Origin: Bacillota bacterium | GTDB taxonomy: Bacteria; Bacillota; Dethiobacteria; DTU022 | Assembly: GCA_012799185.1 (NCBI GenBank) | Contig: JAAZLS010000009.1 | Span: 1 to 63,216, forward strand | Length of the DNA stretch: 63,216 bases | Direction: 5' to 3' | Shown here: positions 38,854 to 45,352 of the stretch, piece by piece | Layout of the letters: every line of letters starts with the position of its first letter | Numbering within the stretch: the first letter of the stretch is position 1 | Notes under the pieces: generated by a model | Seen by the model: the letters and a program-made list of their open reading frames with translations, nothing else | Database searches by the model: none | Told to the model about the DNA's origin: nothing | Made by a program: the position numbers and the translations under genes

Positions 38854-39814
38854 TTTGAACCGTTTTCGGGTTTACCTTCATGGACCGGGGTGCGAAACCG
38901 CTCCTGATAATATTTTCATAAATTAAATGGGGATCAGTATTATCCTCACCGGGTTCACTAATAAGCAGGCGCCGGCCCTTTAATGTAAAATGGAGTTCGG
39001 GCAGCCGGGGAGCAAGCCGCTCCATAATTTGAGGGGCCTCCGGATCTTCGATTATAAGTAGGATCTTGTCATAGGTCAGGCGCAGCTCCTCTACCGTTCC
39101 TTGGTAGATCATTCTTCCTTCCGCTACGTAAGCCGTGTGGCTGCAGCTTTTTTCAATTAACCGACAATCTTTGCTGCCCATAATAAGGGTCTTCCCTCGC
39201 TCCTTAATCAGAGCGGCAATATGGGCGATCGCTGTAGAGAGCATCCTGTTAAACCGGTATTCGGGAACATTAAAGACAATCATCACGCTCTCCGAATAGG
39301 CGGTAACCAGCAAGGTGACTACTACCTTTTCCTCCCTGGTTAGTCGCGCGATCGGGGTTAGAGAAATAGGCCCCAAGCCAATCGACAACAGCAGCTCGAA
39401 AATCTGTTCCTGCCGGTAAACTGCGCCGCTACCCCTTTTAGCAGTGGCAAACATGAGAAATTCCAACACATTCATATTATCATAAAGCATGGTCGGACCG
39501 CAGATATAGAAAACATGTTCCAAGATCACCCGCTTATTGCGCATCATACCCCGCTCGACCAGGATACAGCGGCCGGCGTGATAAGGTTTAATATTGGCCA
39601 TTACCTCTAGCAATAGCTTGATTTCCAAAAGGGAGCGCCCATAGATACCCCATGATTCCGGCCTTTTAATCACCAGGTTAATATTTTCCAGAACCCGCCG
39701 CGGCCGCTCTCCCCGGGTATGATAATGTTCGATCGAAGAGAGCCCCTCCATAAAGACCACCGTCTCCACGGTATTGAAGCCCGGCTCTAACTGTCTTCTT
39801 ACCGTCCGCTTCAT
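38816..39814 (-). CDS. ABC-ATPase-like protein with degenerate Walker A, signature, Walker B and H-loop (predicted pseudo-ATPase)
   Basis: The overall ABC NBD layout is present (VLENINLVI..PESWGIYG...; ...MIYQGTVEEL), but every catalytic motif is replaced. Walker A reads GIYGRSLLEIK instead of GxxGxGKT. The signature reads LTREEK instead of LSGGQ. Walker B reads VMIVFNVPE instead of hhhhDEP. The H-loop reads GSKD instead of SH. Confidence 0.55.
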   Translation of the reverse strand: MKRTVRRQLEPGFNTVETVVFMEGLSSIEHYHTRGERPRRVLENINLVIKRPESWGIYGRSLLEIKLLLEVMANIKPYHAGRCILVERGMMRNKRVILEHVFYICGPTMLYDNMNVLEFLMFATAKRGSGAVYRQEQIFELLLSIGLGPISLTPIARLTREEKVVVTLLVTAYSESVMIVFNVPEYRFNRMLSTAIAHIAALIKERGKTLIMGSKDCRLIEKSCSHTAYVAEGRMIYQGTVEELRLTYDKILLIIEDPEAPQIMERLAPRLPELHFTLKGRRLLISEPGEDNTDPHLIYENIIRSGFAPRSMKVNPKTVQNAYEEIDRQYDL

Positions 39815-39838
39815 CTCTATTGCCCCGCTATTTTTTTA

Positions 39839-40372
39839 TTAAGTAAATGGCATTTTCCATAAAAGTACAGCAATTACCCGGTCGGGGGTAAGCAGTTCCA
39901 GGTCCGGGGAGCTGATCGGATTATCCCCCTTGGTCCGATAGCTGACAGTGCCATCGTCAGCAACTATAACCTCAATAATCCGGTGGGTAATAGTTAAACC
40001 GGACTCGTTCCTAAAGGTAACAATCTCATTTTCCTTAAGTCTAGACGCATCCTTAGGCTTACGGGATAGGATCACCGCCCCCACGGGCAGAGTGGGCTCC
40101 ATGCTCCCCGATTCAATCATGTAGAGCTGGTATCCCAAGAGATCGGGGGTTTTCCCCCGGCTTTTTGCCACCTGGATCGAGACCAGTGCCGCCAGCATTA
40201 AAACAATTACAATCGAAAAAAATACCCGCCCGGTAACCCTGGCCAACCGCGATCTCTCTTTTTTCCGCCGGCCTCGTCTCCCCTTAGCGCGGAATATAGC
40301 CTGGCGCATGGCCTCGATCTGTTCCGGGGTAGTATACTTTGGGTCCTGCATGGCCCCAGGCCCCTCCTCCAT
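39839..40372 (-). CDS. sipW: signal peptidase I, SipW/archaeal-ER type (S26B)
   Basis: A single N-terminal TM, then ESGSMEPTL, ITHRII and TKGDNP, so all catalytic boxes are intact. The start may be the second ATG, 21 nt downstream, which follows GGAGGAGGGG. Confidence 0.8.
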   Translation of the reverse strand: MEEGPGAMQDPKYTTPEQIEAMRQAIFRAKGRRGRRKKERSRLARVTGRVFFSIVIVLMLAALVSIQVAKSRGKTPDLLGYQLYMIESGSMEPTLPVGAVILSRKPKDASRLKENEIVTFRNESGLTITHRIIEVIVADDGTVSYRTKGDNPISSPDLELLTPDRVIAVLLWKMPFT

Positions 40373-40407
40373 CCTTCCTATCTCCCATCTATATTACCAT
40401 AATTACG

Positions 40408-40467
40408 AAGCACCGGGGACGGTCCTTTTTGCTTCATAAGCACCGGGGACGGTCCTTTTTGCTTCAT
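40408..40467. repeat. perfect tandem duplication of a 30-nt unit
   Basis: AAGCACCGGGGACGGTCCTTTTTGCTTCAT occurs at 40408-40437 and again, identically, at 40438-40467. Each unit carries the inverted repeat (G)AAGCA...TGCTT(C). Confidence 0.95.
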
Positions 40468-40478
40468 TAAAAGAGGTA

Positions 40479-40498
40479 GCCCACCCTTTAGGGTGGGC
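40479..40498 (-). terminator. hairpin downstream of the TasA-like genes (partial terminator/processing site)
   Basis: The minus-strand RNA reads GCCCACCC-uaaa-GGGUGGGC followed by UACCUCUUUU. The 8-bp GC stem is strong, but the U-tract is interrupted. Confidence 0.5.
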
Positions 40499-40551
40499 GG
40501 GTGTCGCAAATAGATGGTGTCGGCAAGGTTAATCCCCTAGGATCCAGGAAT

Positions 40552-41118
40552 TTAGTCTTCGTCTGTAGCTTCTTGTTGGGTGCCGGTTACCGATACGGTA
40601 ACTGCGCTGCCGTAGTCGGCTCCGGCGTACTGTGCATCCTCACTCATAGTTTGCCCTTCAGGTATTTCATCGGTTCCAAGGGGCCACTCAATCTTTACAT
40701 TGTAGGTTTTTTCCTGGCCAGTTTCAGCCAACGGGAACTCGTCGGTAAATTTGCCGTCGTCATCCAGATTTATGCTTTGGTCCTCCTCATCAGTTACTGA
40801 AACAACCAGGGGTTCTATAGCATCTTTTCCCTCAGCTGCAGCAAGGGTAACTGCAAACTCCAGATCCATGGCGGTTTCGCTAACCAGGGCCTCCTCATAG
40901 TTCTTTACACTAAATTTCCATTCAACAGTGTCACCGGGGGCGATTTTAATATTCTCCTCAAAAGTATTTGTCTCACCCGGCTTTAGGATAAACTCCTTGG
41001 CCACCACGCTGCCCGCGGCCAAGTCATCAATGGTAATCGAGTACGCGGAAAGGGTGCCGGCAATAAGCGAGGTTGTTATTAACAACACCAGGGCCACAAT
41101 CAAAAGTGTTCTTTTCAT
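40552..41118 (-). CDS. TasA/BsaA/camelysin-like exported protein with SipW-type signal peptide
   Basis: The signal peptide is MKRTLLIVALVLLITTSLIAGTLSAYS (compare the GGT.A.F class). The mature part is a beta-rich domain with APGDTVEWKFSVKN and a terminal VTVSVTGTQ (compare TasA FSFEATQ). It is a paralog of the N-domain of the upstream gene, and its ATG overlaps that gene's TGA. Confidence 0.6.
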   Translation of the reverse strand: MKRTLLIVALVLLITTSLIAGTLSAYSITIDDLAAGSVVAKEFILKPGETNTFEENIKIAPGDTVEWKFSVKNYEEALVSETAMDLEFAVTLAAAEGKDAIEPLVVSVTDEEDQSINLDDDGKFTDEFPLAETGQEKTYNVKIEWPLGTDEIPEGQTMSEDAQYAGADYGSAVTVSVTGTQQEATDED

Positions 41119-42053
41119 TTTCTTTCTTCCTCCTTGTTATTCCAACTAGATTTATTAAACTCACAAGTCAAACTAACAGTCTTCCCGTTTACCCAGACAT
41201 CTTTAATCGGTTCTGTTCCTGTTCCGGTCGCCCAACCACCGAAGGATATACTCCCACCCGGTGAAATATTTTTATTATAGTTTATTGGATAATAGTATCT
41301 ATAGGTGCCGGTAGGCAAATTGTCGTGATCCTCTCTGGCCCCAGCCCATATAGCCGTTATTTGATCATTGTCTAATCTAAAGTTGATCTCCCATCCTTCG
41401 ATCGTTTCTTCCATATTATTCGTAATGGTAATCTGAAATTCAAAGTTGCCATCACCCCATACCCGGGTAGCCTCATATAGTACATGGATACCGTCTTGCG
41501 GCACTTCAGGATCGGGGATATCAAAAGGTAGCTGGGAGGCGATGGCGCTGACCCGGATCGTGTTTCCAAGACCTTCTGGACCATTAAGATAATCGTTATT
41601 GCTCCCGTCGGGCCAGTGAATCTCTACCGTATAATCGCACTCTTGCCCTATTGCTGCAAAGAGAAATTCTCCATAAAGGTCAAAGGTCCCGGTACCGGTA
41701 ACGGAATCGAGAACTTTACCTTCGGCATCCTTTACGCTGACGATTAAAGATTCGATGGCACTTTTGCCTTCGGTGGGGGTAACGTGAAAGGTCAACTTAT
41801 AATAGAGGTCAGTTTCGGTGACAAGGTTTCCATCATGGTTTTTTACTTTAAACGGCCAGTTAATGGTCTCGGCAGGCCCGATCGGTTCGTTCATGGCGAA
41901 GGAGTCGGTACCATCACCTAAAAAGATAAATTCTTTCGCTACCGTAGAGCCGTCAGCCAGATCAACGGTAGCCGAATAGGAGGCCAGGGTCCCGGCCAGG
42001 ATGGACCCGGCGATTAACAAGACCAACAGTAAAATAAGTAATAATCTTTTCAT
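41115..42053 (-). CDS. TasA/BsaA-like exported protein fused to a C-terminal CBM2-like carbohydrate-binding module
   Basis: The signal peptide is MKRLLLILLLVLLIAGSILAGTLASYS and the TasA-like domain is shared with the 40552-41118 product. The C-terminal ~110 aa read VLYEATRVWGDGNFEFQITITNN..ETIEGWEINF......ITAIW......NISPGGSISFGGWATG......VWVNGKTVSLTC, which fits the CBM2 pattern (W.GGF...V.V.N....GW...F......W....N..I..G....FGF.......NG..C). Confidence 0.6.
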   Translation of the reverse strand: MKRLLLILLLVLLIAGSILAGTLASYSATVDLADGSTVAKEFIFLGDGTDSFAMNEPIGPAETINWPFKVKNHDGNLVTETDLYYKLTFHVTPTEGKSAIESLIVSVKDAEGKVLDSVTGTGTFDLYGEFLFAAIGQECDYTVEIHWPDGSNNDYLNGPEGLGNTIRVSAIASQLPFDIPDPEVPQDGIHVLYEATRVWGDGNFEFQITITNNMEETIEGWEINFRLDNDQITAIWAGAREDHDNLPTGTYRYYYPINYNKNISPGGSISFGGWATGTGTEPIKDVWVNGKTVSLTCEFNKSSWNNKEEERK

Positions 42054-42062
42054 TGCGCCACC

Positions 42063-42100
42063 TTATTTTTATAAAAAAATTGCCACCTAAAACATGTAGT
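42063..42100 (-). terminator. imperfect hairpin plus U7 overlapping the 3' end of the aptamer candidate (possible expression platform)
   Basis: The minus-strand RNA reads GCCAGUUGACACUACAUGUUUUAGGUGGC-AA-UUUUUUU. The outer GCCA/UGGC and inner CUA/UAG pairs form, but the interior is poorly paired. The 5' arm is shared with the aptamer 3' end. Confidence 0.35.
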
Positions 42101-42172
42101 GTCAACTGGCTATCTCAATTCCCTCCAGGGAACCGGACCCTTTAGTTTTGCGCCGTGGACTCGCGCCCACGT
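42089..42172 (-). promoter_or_regulatory. candidate GEMM-I-like (cyclic-dinucleotide) riboswitch aptamer in leader of the TasA-like operon
   Basis: The minus-strand RNA reads GUGAAAGGCAAC-[GUGGGC-GCGA-GUCCAC]-GGCGCAAAAC-UAAAGGGUCCGGUUCCCUGGAGGGAAUUGAGAUAGCCAGUUGACAC. This echoes the GEMM-I layout GGCAAAC-[hairpin with GNRA loop]-GGACGCAAAGCC...UAGCCAGCUGCC. It deviates at hallmark positions: one A fewer in GGCAAAC, and GGCGC instead of GGACGC. Confidence 0.4.
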
Positions 42173-42272
42173 TGCCTTTCACTCGAGGAATTTTATTTTA
42201 TTGATACAATAGTATTGCATAAAATTCCTACCGTGTCAACGCTAGAATTAATTATTGGAAGATTCGCCCGGC

Positions 42273-43076
42273 TTATCGGCCCTTGGCCAGGAGCAGGCGA
42301 TCCTGCTGTAGCTCCTCTCCGCTGGCTTCATAGAACATATCTACCAGGTCGCTAACGGTCAGGTTCTTCCGATCGGGGCCGGAAACATCTAGAATAATTT
42401 TTCCTTCATGCATCATAATCGTCCGGTGGCCCATTTTAAGGGCTTGTTCCATATTGTGGGTGACCATCAGGGTGGTGATCCCCTGGTTTTCGATTAGCTT
42501 TTCGGTTAGCTCCAAGACCGTGTTGGCGGTTTTAGGATCTAGGGAGGCGGTATGTTCATCCAGCAAAGCCAGCTTAGGTTCCTTCAGGGTGGTCATCAGC
42601 AAGGCCAGGGCCTGTCTCTGTCCCCCCGAGAGCAACTTGACCGGTGAGTTTAATCTTTCCTCAAGCCCCAACTGAAGGCTTAACAGCCGCTCTTGGAAAA
42701 AAACCCGGTTAGAGTCGGCAATAGCCCAGCGCAGCCGACGCTTATCTCCCCGGCGAAGGGCCAGGGCCAAATTTTCCTCTACAGTTAGGGAGGCAGCGGT
42801 ACCCACCATCGGATCTTGAAATACGTGACAAATAGAGGCCGCCCTCCTGTAATCAGGGAGGCGGGTTACCTCCTCACCGTTTAAACTAACCGTCCCTTCC
42901 TCTGCTTGGTAGATACCGGCAATGCATTTCAACAGTGTTGATTTACCGGCCCCGTTACCGCCAATAATAGTGGTGAACTGCCCTTTTTCCAGGGAGAGGC
43001 TAACCCTATCCAGGGCCACCCTTTCATTTATGCTTCCTGGGTAAAAAATTTTAGTTAACGATTTTACATTTAACAT
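42273..43076 (-). CDS. ABC transporter ATP-binding protein (COG1101-type)
   Basis: Intact Walker A GGNGAGKST, signature LSGGQRQ, Walker B LALLDEHT and H-loop VTHN. Confidence 0.88.
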   Translation of the reverse strand: MLNVKSLTKIFYPGSINERVALDRVSLSLEKGQFTTIIGGNGAGKSTLLKCIAGIYQAEEGTVSLNGEEVTRLPDYRRAASICHVFQDPMVGTAASLTVEENLALALRRGDKRRLRWAIADSNRVFFQERLLSLQLGLEERLNSPVKLLSGGQRQALALLMTTLKEPKLALLDEHTASLDPKTANTVLELTEKLIENQGITTLMVTHNMEQALKMGHRTIMMHEGKIILDVSGPDRKNLTVSDLVDMFYEASGEELQQDRLLLAKGR

Positions 43077-43103
43077 TACTTGAAACCTCGCTCTTAATAA
43101 TGG

Positions 43104-44003
43104 CTACGCTGATAGCCTCTTGCTACCGGCATTGGCCTGGAATTTTTTACTTAGCTCAGGGGCAATCAATGCCAGCGTAACCAGAAGGGCAGTAAACAGG
43201 CGTAAATCCGTATGTTCGATAAAACCCAACCTTAACACGAGGGCAATCGCCAGCCGATAGACTACGGAACCAAAGACAACCGCTACTACTTTTCCCAGGA
43301 TTGATTTAACCCCAAAGAGGACCTCGCCGATGATTACCGAGGCCAGGCCGACAATAATGGTCCCGATTCCCATATTCACATCGGCAAAACCCTGGTACTG
43401 GGCAATCATCGCCCCGGAGAGGGCGACCAGGGCATTGGAGAGGCTTAATCCTAAGATCTTCATGTTATCGGTGTTCACGCCCTGGCTGCGCATCATAATC
43501 TCATTGTCACCGGTGGCCCGTACCGCCAGCCCACTTTCAGTATGGAGGAAACTATAAAGTAATAACACCAGGATTACCACTACGACACCGGCAGCAAGAT
43601 ATTCACCGGTGCGGGCGGATAGGCCGCCTAAACTAAAGTAATCGTAAACCGTTGTTGCCCGAAGCAGGGAGATGTTGGGGCTATTCATGATCCGCAAGTT
43701 AATCGAATAGAGACCGATCGAGGTTAATATACCTGAAAGCAACGGCGTAATTGAAAACTTGGTATGGAGGATACCGGTAATTAAACCGGCTACCGCCCCC
43801 AACAAGGGTGCGACCAGGGTAGCTAGAAAAGGGTTGGTCCCGGTGGCAATTAAAGAAGCGGTGATGGCTGCCCCCAGGGGCAGGCTGCCATCAACCGTCA
43901 AATCAGCATAATTTAAAACACGGAAAGTTAAAAAAACCCCTAAAACCATGATTGCATACAGCAATCCTAATAATATGGCTCCATGTATTACCACTGCGGA
44001 CAC
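43104..44003 (-). CDS. ABC transporter permease (COG4120-type)
   Basis: A 299-aa polytopic membrane protein of the branched-chain-type permease fold, in an operon with the ATPase and binding protein. Confidence 0.8.
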   Translation of the reverse strand: MSAVVIHGAILLGLLYAIMVLGVFLTFRVLNYADLTVDGSLPLGAAITASLIATGTNPFLATLVAPLLGAVAGLITGILHTKFSITPLLSGILTSIGLYSINLRIMNSPNISLLRATTVYDYFSLGGLSARTGEYLAAGVVVVILVLLLYSFLHTESGLAVRATGDNEIMMRSQGVNTDNMKILGLSLSNALVALSGAMIAQYQGFADVNMGIGTIIVGLASVIIGEVLFGVKSILGKVVAVVFGSVVYRLAIALVLRLGFIEHTDLRLFTALLVTLALIAPELSKKFQANAGSKRLSA

Positions 44004-44106
44004 CGGTGCACCCCCTGCTAAAATATCGCCAGCACGGGGCAGCCCGTATAAACCTCCAGCGGGTCTACCCCGTGGGAAAAGGTAATGTTAAATCATACGG
44101 TTTTTA

Positions 44107-45120
44107 CTATTCTCTAAAAGTTTCCGCCCGATCCAGCAACGACTGGGGAAGTTCCAGTCCCAGCCTTTCGGCGGCGGTTATATTAACCAGGTCTACAAAA
44201 TTATCTTGACCCTCAATCGGCATGGTGGCCGGTTCGGCCTCACCGCGAAGGATCTTGGCAGCCATTATGCCGGTCTGGTACCCCAGCTGGTAGTAATCGA
44301 TACCGGCAACGGTAGCCAGGGCTCCCGCTTTAACCGAGTTTTCTTCGCCGGTGATGACAATTATTTTTTCCTCTTCAGTTACTTTTAGAACCGACTCTAT
44401 TGCCGCCACTACCGTGTTATCGGTGGGAATATAGATAGCATCGGCTTCGACCAGCGCCTCGGCCGCCGCCAGCACATCGTTCCCGGTGGGGGCCGCCTTC
44501 TCAACAAGAGTTAACCCTAATCTGGGCGCCTCCTCGCGGGCTAACTCTACCTGAAACACCGAGTTGGTTTCACCGGGATTATAGATAACTCCTACTGTTT
44601 TTGCCTCCGGGTTTATCTCCTTGATCAGAGCCAACTGATCCTCTACTGGGTTTAAATCGGTAGTGCCAGAGACATTGCCCCCCGGTTCTTGGGGGTCCAT
44701 CACGCCCACATCCTCCGGATTAGTAACCGCCGTGATTAGGATTGGAATCTCCTGGGTAGCTTGGGCCGCCGCCTGGGCTGCCGGGGTAGCGATAGCTAAA
44801 ATCACATCAACCTCATCCGCCACAAACCCATCGGCAATCGAACGGGCGGTTGCCTGCTCCCCTTCGGCGCATTTATAACTTATATTTAAATTGGTCCCCT
44901 CTTTAAATCCTTCATCCGCCAAGGCATCGATAAAGCCCTCTTTGGCCTGGTCCAGCGCTTCGTGCCGGATGATCTGAACAATGCCAACATTGTAAACTAC
45001 CTCTTCGCCCTCCCCGTTCCCGCTGTCACCTTCCGGTTCGGCCGGTGAACATCCCAGTAGACCAAACAACATGACCCCGATTAACAATAGTAATGATAAC
45101 TTTAATATATTTTTACTCAA
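44107..45120 (-). CDS. ABC transporter substrate-binding lipoprotein (COG2984 / ABC_sub_bind family)
   Basis: The lipobox is LLGC. The Gly/Glu-rich linker is followed by the VGIVQI..H.ALD....GF...L and PIL..AVT motifs of the PF04392-like family. The start codon is TTG. Confidence 0.8.
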   Translation of the reverse strand: MSKNILKLSLLLLIGVMLFGLLGCSPAEPEGDSGNGEGEEVVYNVGIVQIIRHEALDQAKEGFIDALADEGFKEGTNLNISYKCAEGEQATARSIADGFVADEVDVILAIATPAAQAAAQATQEIPILITAVTNPEDVGVMDPQEPGGNVSGTTDLNPVEDQLALIKEINPEAKTVGVIYNPGETNSVFQVELAREEAPRLGLTLVEKAAPTGNDVLAAAEALVEADAIYIPTDNTVVAAIESVLKVTEEEKIIVITGEENSVKAGALATVAGIDYYQLGYQTGIMAAKILRGEAEPATMPIEGQDNFVDLVNITAAERLGLELPQSLLDRAETFRE

Positions 45121-45183
45121 TTCCTATCCTCGCTTTCTTGCTAAAAAACAAAAACCCTTTTTAAAGGGGGTAAAGCCATCTCC

Positions 45184-45258
45184 CTACCTTGCTACCGTCC
45201 TACAGAGATATGAGGATATAATTTTACACGGAATTTTCTCTCCTTTCCTACCATTCTA
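45184..45258 (-). promoter_or_regulatory. two clusters of three phased (G/U)G(U/G)AG pentamers in ABC-importer leader
   Basis: Distal cluster in the minus-strand RNA: GGUAGaauGGUAGgaaAGGAG. Proximal cluster: UGUAGgacGGUAGcaaGGUAGgGAG. The triplet centres fall at plus-strand 45256, 45248 and 45240, and at 45200, 45192 and 45184. This is a strict 8-nt period within each cluster, with the clusters 40 nt apart and in phase. The stretch CCCUU-uaaa-AAGGG-UUUUUGUUUUUU follows. Confidence 0.4.
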
Positions 45259-45300
45259 CCTGCCCTTCCAAATTACAAAGTTATTACAGGGCTTAAAACA

Positions 45301-45329
45301 ATTTTATAGATGCGGGCGGATAAAGTCAA
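45301..45329 (-). promoter_or_regulatory. promoter of ABC-importer operon
   Basis: Minus strand: TTGACT (45329-45324), a 17-nt spacer, then TAAAAT (45306-45301). Confidence 0.55.
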
Positions 45330-45352
45330 TAGTATTTGCTAATCCGCCTGTT

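Noticed and set aside
40378-40467. A minus-strand sORF runs through the tandem repeat: MKQKGPSPVL-MKQKGPSPVL-RNYGNIDGR (29 codons, with the repeat exactly in frame).
   Set aside because: No Shine-Dalgarno precedes the ATG (upstream is CUACCUCUUUUA). The sequence looks like translated hairpin DNA, and the 30-nt = 10-codon match is expected by chance in one case out of three. It is kept only as a note under the repeat finding.
40408-40467. Possible mini-CRISPR array or mobile-element terminal repeat.
   Set aside because: There are only two directly abutting copies with no spacers, no further copies in the window, and no cas or transposase genes nearby.
40501-40800. A 99-aa plus-strand ORF opposite the TasA-like gene.
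   Set aside because: It is antisense to a gene with a clear signal peptide and a paralog, with no RBS. It is a shadow ORF.
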